Positions 8,141-18,359 of a stretch of DNA of 32,000 nucleotides are shown here, piece by piece. Position 1 is the first letter of the stretch. Every line of letters starts with the position of its first letter. The notes under the pieces were generated by a model. That model ran no database searches and was not told the origin of the DNA. It saw nothing but the letters and a program-made list of their open reading frames with translations. Source of the stretch: an uncultured archaeon (GTDB lineage Archaea > Asgardarchaeota > Thorarchaeia > Thorarchaeales > CAZPUN01); assembly GCA_964589775.1 (NCBI GenBank), contig CAZPUN010000009.1, positions 383 through 32,382 on the forward strand, written 5' to 3'. Made by a program: the position numbers and the translations under genes.

Positions 8141-9130
8141 TCAATTTACGAAATGCTCATAACCTGTAGGGTCCAGTCTTATTGTTGTGTCGTCCATTAT
8201 TATATATACATCATCATCTGCAGTCACTCGACCCATTTCTGTAATTTTAACTTGTAGTTCTTTTGCTAATTTTCTTACTTCCTTGATATGTTTCTCGGGT
8301 ATCGTCATTATTAATTGGAATTCTTCACCGCCATAAAATACCCATTCCAATGGGTTCCGATATAGGAATTCTCCTACCTTTTCAAGACCTTCAGCTATTG
8401 GAAATTCTGTAAGTAACATTCCAACTCTGCTAGCTTCGGCGAGTTCATGAAGGCTTTTTGCAAGACCATCACTACTGTCAATTGCAGCTGAAGCTAACCC
8501 TCTTTCTGCAACGGCTATTCCAAATTCCAGTGGTGTTTCTGGGCGTTTTAATACTGCCATTGCTCTTTGATATACCATTTCATCATTTATGTAGGCTTCA
8601 TTATATAGGTGTTTTAGACCAATTGTTGTTAACCCGAAATCGCCTGTAGCTATGACAATATCTCCAACATTTGCGCCACTTCTGCGTAACATCTTTTTGG
8701 GATTTCCTATTCCAAAAATGACTCCGTCTAAGACAAGGTCACAAGCCTCGTTTAAATCCCCACCGAGATATCGAACTCCATATTTTTTTAAAGCTTGAGT
8801 AAAGCCCATTACAACCTCTTCTGGAACCTGCCATGTTGCTTCTCTCGGTAGAGAAACTGACAATAGTCCACCCAGTGGTTTTGCTCCTTTTGCGGCAAGA
8901 TCACTTATTCCCATAACTGCAGTTTTCCAGCCTGCATCTATAAAATTAGTTTCTTTTGGCATATCTGTGGTTTTTACAAATGTATCTACATTTACAACGA
9001 TAGCTAGATCTTCAGAGAGCATAAAATCCGCAGCGTCCTCATTAGGTCCTAATGTTGATACTTCATATCCATCATAATATTTCAAAAGATCTTTTATTAT
9101 TTTTAATTCCCCAAATTCCGAAACTTTCAT
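8141..9130 (-). CDS. thiL: Thiamine-monophosphate kinase
   Basis: GELKII, EDAA, ISDLAAKGAKP, GGDLN, RRSGANVGD, AIDSSDGL, GGEEFQL, GYEHF. Confidence 0.93.
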   Translation of the reverse strand: MKVSEFGELKIIKDLLKYYDGYEVSTLGPNEDAADFMLSEDLAIVVNVDTFVKTTDMPKETNFIDAGWKTAVMGISDLAAKGAKPLGGLLSVSLPREATWQVPEEVVMGFTQALKKYGVRYLGGDLNEACDLVLDGVIFGIGNPKKMLRRSGANVGDIVIATGDFGLTTIGLKHLYNEAYINDEMVYQRAMAVLKRPETPLEFGIAVAERGLASAAIDSSDGLAKSLHELAEASRVGMLLTEFPIAEGLEKVGEFLYRNPLEWVFYGGEEFQLIMTIPEKHIKEVRKLAKELQVKITEMGRVTADDDVYIIMDDTTIRLDPTGYEHFVN

Positions 9131-9214
9131 TAAATTGCACCGCTTTTGTCTTTTAACATGTAATGTAAATCAAACGAAATGTTTTTAGATATTTTGCATT
9201 ATAGCTATTTTTGT

Positions 9215-9328
9215 GCCTCGGTAGCTTAGTGGCATAGCGGCAAAATCCTAATTATGGATTCCGTACGCCTCGTAAGCTTACGCAGAGTAAGCTGCAGGTC
9301 GCGGGTTCAAATCCCGCCCGGGGCTCCA
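9215..9328 (+). tRNA. tRNA-Thr(CGT) with two introns: 29/30 (9243-9266, 24 nt) and 37/38 (9275-9289, 15 nt); CCA encoded
   Basis: Acceptor GCCTCGG/CCGGGGC, U73; after splicing the anticodon arm is GCAGC-CT-CGT-AA-GCTGC; intron 1 has central helix GCGG/CCGT, bulges CA|A and AC|G, and internal helix AATCC/GGATT; T arm GCGGG-TTCAAAT-CCCGC. Confidence 0.9.
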
Positions 9329-9384
9329 TAGTTACAAATCGCCAAATTTATAATGGTATTTTGAGTAGAATTGTATAATTAATT

Positions 9385-9472
9385 GCGGAGGTTGCCAAGC
9401 CCGGTCAAAGGCGCAGGACTGAGGCTCCTGTCCAGTAGTGGTTCGCGAGTTCAAATCTCGCCCTCCGCACCA
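9385..9472 (+). tRNA. tRNA-Leu(GAG), intronless, CCA encoded
   Basis: GCGGAGG/CCTCCGC acceptor, CAGGA-CT-GAG-GC-TCCTG anticodon arm, long variable arm, TTCAAAT T loop. Confidence 0.95.
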
Positions 9473-9529
9473 TTTCTAATACACAAAACCTTTTTTAATA
9501 ATCTAATTTTTGTTTCAGATGTGATTAAA

Positions 9530-10516
9530 ATGAGTTCCGATTTTAAAGCCATTGTAATTGGTACAGGCCATATGGGGAAAATTCACGTTCGAATTTTATC
9601 TAACCTTGGCGCTCTTGCTGGTGTTGCTGATGTAAATTTAGACGCGGCGAAACAAATGTCTGAACTATACAAAGTAGATTATGATACAGATTACAAGGCA
9701 TTAATAAAAAGAGTAAATCCCGATTACGTAATAATTTCTGCGCCGTCTCAATTGCATGCAAAAATCTCTATTGACATTCTTGAAAACTTTGATATTAAGG
9801 GAATTTTAATTGAAAAGCCTGTTGCTGAAAATATTGATGATGCGACTAAACTAAAAGAAATTATCGATAAAAGAAAAATTATTGCAATTATCGGACATTC
9901 TGAAGTTTACAATCCCATAATTGATAGAACACTTTCACTGTTAAGGCAAAATGCAATTGGTGAAGTTAGGCATGTTGTTCATGATCGTCGTGGCTCTGTC
10001 CAGCCCGAACGTATTAAATCATTAGGTGATGTTTTCGAAGATATTGGCGTTCATGATTTTGATATTATGGCACGTATCTCACAAGGTCATGGCGAATTGT
10101 ATGCCGTTGCGAATTCATATAATGGCATATATAATGCAGGTACTGTCTCTGTGACTTTTGATAATGGGCGTATCCATATTGTTCATCTTTCTCGTGAATT
10201 TGCCGGGCGTCGTAGATCTATGCTAATTTCTGGAACTGATGGTACAATGGATATTGATTTATTTGGTCAAATAATTAATGTTCAGGCACTCTCTCCTGCG
10301 GAGAGTGAAAGTAAAGCCATACGACTACCTTTCCGTGGAACTGCAATAAAGGTATATGGAGAACCCCTTCTTGAACTGCATATGAATCTATTAAATTCGC
10401 TTCGTGGTAAAGAAACTCCAAAAGTTACTATTGATGATGGTGTTCGTGCGATAAAATTAGTAGAAGCTACACGAGAATCATTAAAGACTAAGAAGCCTGT
10501 TGAAATTGATGTATAG
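9530..10516 (+). CDS. Gfo/Idh/MocA family oxidoreductase
   Basis: IGTGHMGKIH Rossmann motif, IEKP, DIGVHDFD; start moved to ATG 9530 because the longer ORF overlaps tRNA-Leu. Confidence 0.9.
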   Translation: MSSDFKAIVIGTGHMGKIHVRILSNLGALAGVADVNLDAAKQMSELYKVDYDTDYKALIKRVNPDYVIISAPSQLHAKISIDILENFDIKGILIEKPVAENIDDATKLKEIIDKRKIIAIIGHSEVYNPIIDRTLSLLRQNAIGEVRHVVHDRRGSVQPERIKSLGDVFEDIGVHDFDIMARISQGHGELYAVANSYNGIYNAGTVSVTFDNGRIHIVHLSREFAGRRRSMLISGTDGTMDIDLFGQIINVQALSPAESESKAIRLPFRGTAIKVYGEPLLELHMNLLNSLRGKETPKVTIDDGVRAIKLVEATRESLKTKKPVEIDV

Positions 10517-10522
10517 TTCTAA

Positions 10523-10558
10523 AATCTCCTTAAATTGGGAGATTGTTATTTCTTTTTT
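10523..10558 (+). terminator. Hairpin plus T-rich tract between convergent genes
   Basis: AATCTCCT-TAAATT-GGGAGATT followed by TTATTTCTTTTTT. Confidence 0.5.
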
Positions 10559-10608
10559 ATCGACTTGAATTGAATTGAAATTTAGGGTCTTAATCTGGCA
10601 TTTTATTG

Positions 10609-11922
10609 TTATTTTGTTATTTTTCCAACTAAATATGTAGGGGTTGCATCTGTGATGCGTACTTTTACAAAACTACCTAAGTGAAGTGAATCATGAACTA
10701 TTATGTTTTTATACCAATCATTTCTTATGACATATCCTCCTTTAGGGGCAATTTCAGCTACAAGTCCCATACCTACCCAATCGATCCATTTTTCATTATT
10801 TTGTAATGTTATTTCCTTTACAATTCTAGACAACTCAGTGCTGCGTCTTTTCTTAATTGATGTTTCCACTTTATTTTTCATTTTAGATGCAAGAGTTTTC
10901 GGACGATCTCCGTACTTTGAAATGTTTGTTATATCTGGTTTGATTTTTTCTATTAGCTTAATCGTTTGTTCGAAATCTTCCTCTGTTTCTCCGGGAAATC
11001 CAACAATTATATCCGTTGATATTGTGATATTGTTTATGTGTGTTCTAAACCTCTGGGCAATTTCAAGCCATTTTTCAGATGTATATTTTCGGAGCATCGC
11101 TTTTAAAATTCTATTACTACCACTTTGAACCGGAATATGCACAAATTTGTATATTTTCTCATGTTTGAATACTTCTATTAGTTCATTTATGAACGGTAAT
11201 GCCGTATCAACATTAAACATGCCTATTCTCATACGATAAATTCCATTGATTTCTGTGAGTTTTTCTATTAATTTTGCCAAATTTGTGTTTATATCGTATC
11301 CATATGATGCACAATCTTGTGATGTAATCCATATATCTTTATACTCTTGCTGTATTGCTTTGTATACTTCTGCATATATCTCATTTGGATCAAAACTATG
11401 CAGACTTCCTCTTGCAAATTTTACGGCACAATATGCACAATTTCCCAAGCATCCTTCATTTATTGGTACTATATATGTTGGGAATCTATGTATTACTCTC
11501 GAAACGCCTACTTTTGATTCTTTGTGTATTTTTATTGAGACTAATTGTTCTTCACTTTGTTTAGAAATAAGGGTCTTCAGCTCTGAAATTGACCTCGGAC
11601 CTATTATTATTTGTGCATTTGGTGCAGACCGTTTTACACGTTCAAAATTTATTCTTGGCAGACAACCTGCAATGATTAGTTTTTTGTTCATTTTATTTAG
11701 TCTGGATAATCTATGGATGATCTTTGATTCAGTAACCTCTTTTACGCCGCACGTATTGATAATAACAAAATCGGCATCATTAATAATTGAAGTTTCAGTT
11801 AATCCCAAATTAGTTAATTGGCCTGCTATTATTTCACTATCTGCTTGATTGAATGCACAGCCATACGTTTCTATGTAAAATTTTTTTCCTCTTATGTCTG
11901 CAGTCACCCAAGATATCTCCAC
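10609..11922 (-). CDS. tRNA t6A37 methylthiotransferase (archaeal MtaB/CDKAL1-like, MiaB family)
   Basis: ETYGCAFN, INTCGVK, AGCLP (UPF0004 domain), EGCLGNCAYC radical SAM motif, HIPVQSGS, TDIIVGFPGETEEDF, C-terminal TRAM domain. Confidence 0.9.
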   Translation of the reverse strand: MEISWVTADIRGKKFYIETYGCAFNQADSEIIAGQLTNLGLTETSIINDADFVIINTCGVKEVTESKIIHRLSRLNKMNKKLIIAGCLPRINFERVKRSAPNAQIIIGPRSISELKTLISKQSEEQLVSIKIHKESKVGVSRVIHRFPTYIVPINEGCLGNCAYCAVKFARGSLHSFDPNEIYAEVYKAIQQEYKDIWITSQDCASYGYDINTNLAKLIEKLTEINGIYRMRIGMFNVDTALPFINELIEVFKHEKIYKFVHIPVQSGSNRILKAMLRKYTSEKWLEIAQRFRTHINNITISTDIIVGFPGETEEDFEQTIKLIEKIKPDITNISKYGDRPKTLASKMKNKVETSIKKRRSTELSRIVKEITLQNNEKWIDWVGMGLVAEIAPKGGYVIRNDWYKNIIVHDSLHLGSFVKVRITDATPTYLVGKITK

Positions 11923-12010
11923 ATAAATAATTTTATTTGTTCATTTACAAATTAGTTATAAAGTATTTTTGTATCTCTATACATAACAAAGAGTATTGGA
12001 GTCGTTCCAT

Positions 12011-14212
12011 ATGGGGAAAAAGGAATCGAAAAGAGTTCTTGTCAAAACATCAAATTTCAAATTTGCAAAAAATGTATTTAATGCCAAATGGTCTCCTGAC
12101 TTTACTATGATCGCGGTTGCTGCTTCTGAAGGTATGATTTATATATTTGATACGGTAAATCATCGTATTTTGTTGGAGATTCCATGTCATGAGTCTGATA
12201 TTCTTGATGTTGCATGGTCTCCTGATGGTAAATTGCTTTATTCTGTTTCATATGATGAATCAATCTCCTTATGGGACGCTTTATCTGGCAAATTTATTGA
12301 TGAAAAAGAAAATGCACATCTTCGAGAAATATATACTGTTGCAGTATCGCCAGATGGTAATATGATTGCGACTGGTAGTGGAGACAAAATAATTTCCATT
12401 TGGGATTCCAAATTAAAGAAAATTTCTGAACTAAAGGGCCATAAATCTGAAATTAATAAAGTAATTTGGTCTAAAGACAATCTTCTCATATCTTGTGAAG
12501 ATGGGAAGAATGTTTTTGTTTGGGAATTTGGTAAAAAGAAGCCGAAATTAATCTATAAGCGTCATAAAGATTTCGTTAAGGATATTTATCGTTTAAATGA
12601 ATCAAAAATATATACTGCTTCTTACGATGGTACAATTCACCTGTGGTCGCTTGAGAAGGGCGAATTAGAAACTAAAATTGATATAGGGGATTCTATTGAG
12701 CGTATTTCATATAATCCAAATAATAATACAATTGCAGTTGGGACTGTCCGTGGCGATGTTTATATTGTTGACAATAGTGGTAAGATCATAATTGAGTTAC
12801 CTTCCCATGATTGCGGTATCGTTGCGCTTGCATGGGATAATAAAGGGCAACGTCTTTTTTCAATATCCTCCGATGGTGAACTACGAATTCATCAAATTTC
12901 ACAATTGGCATATAAAACTGGGAAAATTGAAATCGGCGAGTCAGAGTATGAGTCTTTAATTTTGAAAAGCGTAAAGCCAATCGAACCTATTGAAAAGCTT
13001 CCAAGTAAGAAAAAGCTTGAAGAATTACCGGTAGATCAATTAATAGCATCTGCATCTGAACATGCATCTCGTGCTGAAGAAGCATTTAAAGCTCACGATT
13101 ATGAGACTGCAAAACGACTTTGGGAAACTTCAAAAACATACCTGGAACTTGTTATGAAAATGGAGAAAAAGAAATCACCCCTATGGACTAAAGCCAAAGA
13201 TCGTATTGAAATACTAAATATGAATCTTAGATTGTTAGAATTTGCTAAATTTTATGAGCCTGCGATGATGAATTACGAAAGTGCAATGAATTTGCTATCC
13301 TCCGATGATCTCACTTTAATTGATTATGAAACAATACTTTCATCATTAAAAACTGCAAAAGAGCAGTTCAAGAAAGCTGAATCTGTTGCGAAAAAACAAA
13401 AAATGAAAGATCGTGTTGCCGAATGCAAAGAAAAAGTTCGAGAAATATCAGATAAAGAATCTGAATTAAAAGAAATAATTAAAAAGCTAGAGAAGACTGA
13501 GCAAATAACCGAAATAAAGCGTGAGTTATCTATTGTTCTGGATAAATGTAAATCTGATTTCAAGCATAGGTCGTTTGAAGCGTTACCCGAAAGCCTTGAG
13601 AAAGCACGAGGATTATTATATAGCCTGAGAGATGTTGATAAAGATTCACAGGAATTTGTTGAAAAGGAACTTGAATCATTGAATGATATGGAAAAGCAGA
13701 TGGAATATATATTGGATCAACAAAGAATCGAAGATGAAGTTAAATCGCTTTCTGATTTGGAAACCTCTATGAAACGATATTTCAAGGAGTCCAATTTTGA
13801 CAAAACTATTGGTGCTGCTGAAAATCTTAAGAATCTCTCTGAATCTTTGAAAATTGAATGTTCTTCATTTGGATTAGAACGATTAATTAGCATATTGGAC
13901 AAATATATCTCCGAGTCTGAATCGATTTTGGAAAAAGTTCGGGAAATGCAGGAACTCTCTGAATTCCAAGAACGTGTAAATGAAACAATTCGAAAATACA
14001 ATAGTTCATTTGAAATTAAAGATTTTCATAAACGTATTAATAGTATAAAAAATGTACTTAAGGAGATAGAGTCGCTTATTGATGAGGGCTCATCTAAGGG
14101 ATATGATACCTCTGAATTAAAAGAGGTACTCAAAACAGGATCTAAGAAAGTAGAAGAATTAGAATCAAAAATTGATAAAAGTTTAGACAAGATCAAACCT
14201 ATTGATATTTAA
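12011..14212 (+). CDS. WD40-repeat protein with long alpha-helical C-terminal region
   Basis: Repeats such as HESDILDVAWSPDGKLLYSVSYDESISLWD and HLREIYTVAVSPDGNMIATGSGDKIISIWD across the first ~300 aa; E/K/L-rich helical remainder; ATG 12011 preferred over TTG 11996. Confidence 0.88.
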   Translation: MGKKESKRVLVKTSNFKFAKNVFNAKWSPDFTMIAVAASEGMIYIFDTVNHRILLEIPCHESDILDVAWSPDGKLLYSVSYDESISLWDALSGKFIDEKENAHLREIYTVAVSPDGNMIATGSGDKIISIWDSKLKKISELKGHKSEINKVIWSKDNLLISCEDGKNVFVWEFGKKKPKLIYKRHKDFVKDIYRLNESKIYTASYDGTIHLWSLEKGELETKIDIGDSIERISYNPNNNTIAVGTVRGDVYIVDNSGKIIIELPSHDCGIVALAWDNKGQRLFSISSDGELRIHQISQLAYKTGKIEIGESEYESLILKSVKPIEPIEKLPSKKKLEELPVDQLIASASEHASRAEEAFKAHDYETAKRLWETSKTYLELVMKMEKKKSPLWTKAKDRIEILNMNLRLLEFAKFYEPAMMNYESAMNLLSSDDLTLIDYETILSSLKTAKEQFKKAESVAKKQKMKDRVAECKEKVREISDKESELKEIIKKLEKTEQITEIKRELSIVLDKCKSDFKHRSFEALPESLEKARGLLYSLRDVDKDSQEFVEKELESLNDMEKQMEYILDQQRIEDEVKSLSDLETSMKRYFKESNFDKTIGAAENLKNLSESLKIECSSFGLERLISILDKYISESESILEKVREMQELSEFQERVNETIRKYNSSFEIKDFHKRINSIKNVLKEIESLIDEGSSKGYDTSELKEVLKTGSKKVEELESKIDKSLDKIKPIDI

Positions 14213-14889
14213 GCAATTTCAAAAATTTTTTCATTTTTTGTTCTTTTAGGCACAATATCTAATATGCTTATTTTTGATATGTATTTTATGTCTGCCATGC
14301 GGCCTAATTTTATTAGATGTTGCCCATGGTTTGATGCTATTAATGATTTTAATAGATCTTTTTCCGAAATTTTTACTATGTTTTCCGACAAAACGCTTTG
14401 TTTTATATAGTTCGCAATATAATCATCTTCAAGACTGGGGGCTCCCGCTTTTCCCGCAGGGATTATTAATATCCGTTTATAATCATTTGATAAAATCCAG
14501 TTGATTACTGATTCATAATTTAATGATGATGCTATGATTATGTTTTTGAATTGTTGAAATTTTGCTGCTGCCTTACTAAAATTACTTGTTGTTAGTACAA
14601 TATGCTTGTTTACGATTTTTTTGTTATTTATAAATTCTAAAGGACTATTTCCGAAATCAAAACCTTGTACTCTTATTCCATTTCTTTCTCCAGCGATAAG
14701 AAAGTCTTGATTGTTTCTATATTGTATTGTTTCTTTAATTGTCTTTACGGTAATTATAGATTTTGCTCCATTTGACAAGATTGATAGAATCGTGCTACTT
14801 GCACGTAAGACATCTATTAGAACTACTAAACTATTTTCATTATTTCTAATATCTGGTTTATTAAGGGGATGTATAATTTCTGCATACAT
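14209..14889 (-). CDS. comB: 2-phosphosulfolactate phosphatase family protein
   Basis: VLIDVLRASST, IAGERNG, FDFGNSP, LTTSN, SLEDD. Confidence 0.87.
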   Translation of the reverse strand: MYAEIIHPLNKPDIRNNENSLVVLIDVLRASSTILSILSNGAKSIITVKTIKETIQYRNNQDFLIAGERNGIRVQGFDFGNSPLEFINNKKIVNKHIVLTTSNFSKAAAKFQQFKNIIIASSLNYESVINWILSNDYKRILIIPAGKAGAPSLEDDYIANYIKQSVLSENIVKISEKDLLKSLIASNHGQHLIKLGRMADIKYISKISILDIVPKRTKNEKIFEIA

Positions 14890-14918
14890 TTTTACAATAA
14901 AAAAGAAGGAAAATGTGT

Positions 14919-16466
14919 TTAATTATGTTTCTTCATGTACATTCTCCATGTCAATGCCATTGTCTTTGGATGTGCTGCTTTTACTTCATCGATCGGGCCT
15001 ACTGCTGTATTATGTGGTGCAGTTTTCAAAATTTCGGGATTTGTATATGCTTCTTCAGAAATCTTTTTCATAGCGTCAATCATTAGATCCAAGTTTTCTT
15101 TTGATTCCGTTTCAGTAGGTTCAATCATTAGTGCTTCTGGTACAATTAATGGGAAGTAAATAGTCGGTGCATGTATTCCAAAATCAAGAAGCCTCTTTGC
15201 AACATTAAGTGCGGATATCCCTGTTTCTTTTAGTAATGGTTCTGCAGTTATTATTGCTTCATGCTTTCTTGGTAATGTTTGTGAGTGTGATAGAGCAAAT
15301 CCTTTGATTTCTGCTATTTTTCTTCCCAAGTAATTTGCATTAAGAACGCTAGTTTCGGAAGCATTCTTCAATCCTTCTGGACCCATAGCTAAGATATATG
15401 CGTATGCCCTAATTAAGACACCAAAGTTTCCATGAAATGATTTGACACGCCCAATAGAATGTGGAATATCATATTTTAAGAAATATTTCTTTCCATCGAA
15501 ATCCACAATGGGCTTTGGTAAGAAGTCTGCTAGATGTTTCTTTACGCCTACCGCACCTGCACCTGGGCCTCCGCCTCCATGTGGAGTTGAGAATGTCTTA
15601 TGTAGGTTCATATGTACAATATCGAATCCCATATCACCCGGTCTAGCTTTGCCCATGATTGCGTTCAGATTGGCTCCATCGTAATATAAAAGACCTCCTG
15701 CATCATGTATGATCTTTGCAATTTCTTCAATATCCTTTTCAAAAAGTCCTAACGTGTTAGGATTTGTTAGCATGATTCCTGCTGTTTTTTCAGATACTGC
15801 AGCTTTGAGAGCTTCGATATCTACTAATCCTTCTTCAGTTGAGGGTAATTCGATTGTATGAAATCCGGCCATTGCAGATGATGCTGGATTTGTTCCATGT
15901 GCTGAATCCGGCACAATCATCTCAGTTCGTTGTTCTGCTTCTCCTCGCAATTCATGATATTTTCGGATTATTAATACTCCAACTAATTCACCATGTGCTC
16001 CTGCCGAGGGTTGTAATGTTATTTTGTCCATTCCCGAAATTTCTGCTAACCATTGTTGGAGTTCATACATTATTTGTAATGAGCCCTGGCAATCATCTTC
16101 ATTTTGTAATGGATGTAGATCTGTAACTTTGTCTAATGATGAAACAAGTTCATTGATTTTTGGATTATACTTCATTGTACAAGAACCTAATGGATAAAAT
16201 CCTGAATCCACGCCATAATTCATTTCTGATAATCTAGTATAATGCCTTACAACTTCTATTTCTGCAACTTCAGGCAGTTCAGGAGGCGTACTACGGATTA
16301 AGGCTTTAGGAATCTTTGATTTTATATCTCCAATTTCTTTTATAATCTCTTTATCTGGTTCCGGAACATTATGCCCAACTTGTTCTTTTGTACTCTTCAA
16401 GAAAATAATAGGCTCATGCCAGCGAGCTTGTCTGTATATATCATCTAACTTATTTGCTTGGCTCAT
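14919..16466 (-). CDS. gcvPB: Glycine dehydrogenase (decarboxylating) subunit 2
   Basis: [54 protein letters not shown]. Confidence 0.96.
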   Translation of the reverse strand: MSQANKLDDIYRQARWHEPIIFLKSTKEQVGHNVPEPDKEIIKEIGDIKSKIPKALIRSTPPELPEVAEIEVVRHYTRLSEMNYGVDSGFYPLGSCTMKYNPKINELVSSLDKVTDLHPLQNEDDCQGSLQIMYELQQWLAEISGMDKITLQPSAGAHGELVGVLIIRKYHELRGEAEQRTEMIVPDSAHGTNPASSAMAGFHTIELPSTEEGLVDIEALKAAVSEKTAGIMLTNPNTLGLFEKDIEEIAKIIHDAGGLLYYDGANLNAIMGKARPGDMGFDIVHMNLHKTFSTPHGGGGPGAGAVGVKKHLADFLPKPIVDFDGKKYFLKYDIPHSIGRVKSFHGNFGVLIRAYAYILAMGPEGLKNASETSVLNANYLGRKIAEIKGFALSHSQTLPRKHEAIITAEPLLKETGISALNVAKRLLDFGIHAPTIYFPLIVPEALMIEPTETESKENLDLMIDAMKKISEEAYTNPEILKTAPHNTAVGPIDEVKAAHPKTMALTWRMYMKKHN

Positions 16467-17845
16467 TTTAGTGCCTCCTTTAGGGTCTCAATATATCGTT
16501 CAATATCTTCTTTTGTATGTACTTCTGAGACATACACTAGAACTGATTCCCCTATATCATACATTTTGCTAAGATTTATACCGCCTAAAATTCCATTCTT
16601 ATGCATTTTATCCAATATATCTTCAGCTTTCTTTCCGGTATCATCAAAATTCATTACAAATTCTTGGAAATGAAATCCTTCAAAATATGGTACTTTTATA
16701 CCTTTGATTTCGTCTAGTTTTTTCATAGCATATGCTGTGTTTGTTGCAATTGTCTCTGCAAGCTTTGTTATTCCCGTTTTTCCCAATGTTGCGATATACA
16801 TCGCAGCAATAACCGCCATTAATGCTTCATTTGAACAAATATTTGATGTTGCGCGTTCTCTTCTGATGTGTTGTTCGCGTGGTTGTAGTGTCATAACAAA
16901 AGCTATCTCTTTTTCATCTTTTGTGGTTGTTAGACCTATTAATCTGCCTGGTAATTGGCGTTGAAACTTCTTATTATCCTTAACTGCAAAAATTCCAAGT
17001 TGCGGACCACCAAAGCTCATGGGCGCACCTAATGTTTGACCTTCTGCTATTGCAATATCTGCGCCATAGCTTCCTGGAGATCTAATAATCCCTAATGAAA
17101 TCGGATCTACACCTACAACGAACATTGATTTATTTGTATGGACAATTTCTTCAATTTCATCGACTTGTTCTTCTAAAACTCCAAAATAGTTTGGCGTTTG
17201 AATGTATACACCTGCTGTATTTGTATCAATTTCTTTCTTTAATGCGTCGATTGAGATCATGCTTGTTTTTCTATCATATGGTATTTTTACAATTTCAATA
17301 TTATGTGGTTCTGTATATGTTATCAATGTTTCAATGTGCTGTGGATTTATGTTATCTGGAATTATAAATTTCTTTCTTCGGGTTACTCTGACAGTCATTA
17401 GTGCAGCTTCTGCTAATGCTGAAGCCATATCATACATTGAAGCATTAACAATATCCATTTCAAATAATTCTGCCACTAAACTTTGATATTCATACAATGT
17501 TTGTAGCATGCCTTGTGAGATTTCTGGTTGGTATGGTGTATACGCAGTTACAAACTCGCCTCGGGAGCTTAATGCTTTTACAACTGCAGGAATATAATGT
17601 TCGTATGCTCCCGCCCCCATGAAATTTCTACCATTTGTATAGGTTTTATTCTTAGATAAAATATTTAGAATGTGCTTGTATATTTCATATTCTGATTTAA
17701 CATGGGGAATGTTTAATGGACGTTTTAATCTGAATTTTTCAGGAATATCTGAATATAGATCATCAATGCTGTTTAATCCTAATTCTTTCAGCATTGATTT
17801 TTTCACTTCTTCAGAATTTGGTATATACGGATGGATGTATCCCAT
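16463..17845 (-). CDS. gcvPA: Glycine dehydrogenase (decarboxylating) subunit 1
   Basis: [50 protein letters not shown]; ATGA overlap with gcvPB. Confidence 0.96.
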   Translation of the reverse strand: MGYIHPYIPNSEEVKKSMLKELGLNSIDDLYSDIPEKFRLKRPLNIPHVKSEYEIYKHILNILSKNKTYTNGRNFMGAGAYEHYIPAVVKALSSRGEFVTAYTPYQPEISQGMLQTLYEYQSLVAELFEMDIVNASMYDMASALAEAALMTVRVTRRKKFIIPDNINPQHIETLITYTEPHNIEIVKIPYDRKTSMISIDALKKEIDTNTAGVYIQTPNYFGVLEEQVDEIEEIVHTNKSMFVVGVDPISLGIIRSPGSYGADIAIAEGQTLGAPMSFGGPQLGIFAVKDNKKFQRQLPGRLIGLTTTKDEKEIAFVMTLQPREQHIRRERATSNICSNEALMAVIAAMYIATLGKTGITKLAETIATNTAYAMKKLDEIKGIKVPYFEGFHFQEFVMNFDDTGKKAEDILDKMHKNGILGGINLSKMYDIGESVLVYVSEVHTKEDIERYIETLKEALK

Positions 17846-17938
17846 AATCGCACCTTCTGGTTCGTGTCTTGTTTCAAATTCTTTGCTATATACTTAAAAA
17901 CTTTAAGAGATATACCGTTATTGTTTATGTGTTGGTGA

Positions 17939-18301
17939 TTGCCCATGAAGGAATGGTTGCTTGATGTCATTGTTTGTCCAGATCCTGAATGTAGATCAAA
18001 ATTAAATATTGAAGTATTTGTCGAACACGAAATTGATGGTGTTAAGGAGATCGATGAGGCACTATTAACATGTCCTTCATGTGGTCGTTGGTATCCTATT
18101 ATCAATGGTATTGTGTGTTTATTACCCGATGAGGATCGAATGGAACCATCTCAATATCAACGTGAGATGCGATTTTTGAAAAGATGGAAAGAAAAGATTC
18201 CCGCAAGTATATTAGAACATGGAAAACCGTTTGGGTATTCTGAACCTGAGGACTGGGAAGAATCCGAGGATACTACACCCGATGAATTTATTGATGAATA
18301 A
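17939..18301 (+). CDS. trm112: Trm112 family methyltransferase activator
   Basis: LLDVIVCPDPEC...EIDEALLTCPSCGRWYPIINGIVCLLPDE; acidic C-terminal tail. Confidence 0.85.
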   Translation: MPMKEWLLDVIVCPDPECRSKLNIEVFVEHEIDGVKEIDEALLTCPSCGRWYPIINGIVCLLPDEDRMEPSQYQREMRFLKRWKEKIPASILEHGKPFGYSEPEDWEESEDTTPDEFIDE

Positions 18302-18359
18302 TTTTGAATCAAGCATAAAATTTATGAACATTGTTTTATTAAAAAAACATAAAGAATAT

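Noticed and set aside
9383-9529. N-terminal extension of the Gfo/Idh/MocA ORF
   Set aside because: Overlaps tRNA-Leu(GAG); family similarity starts at ATG 9530
10703-11848. Plus-strand ORFs inside the methylthiotransferase gene, and similar nested ORFs in gcvP, tiaS, tfb, argS, pmbA and the WD40 gene
   Set aside because: Antisense or alternative-frame shadows of well-supported genes with no motifs
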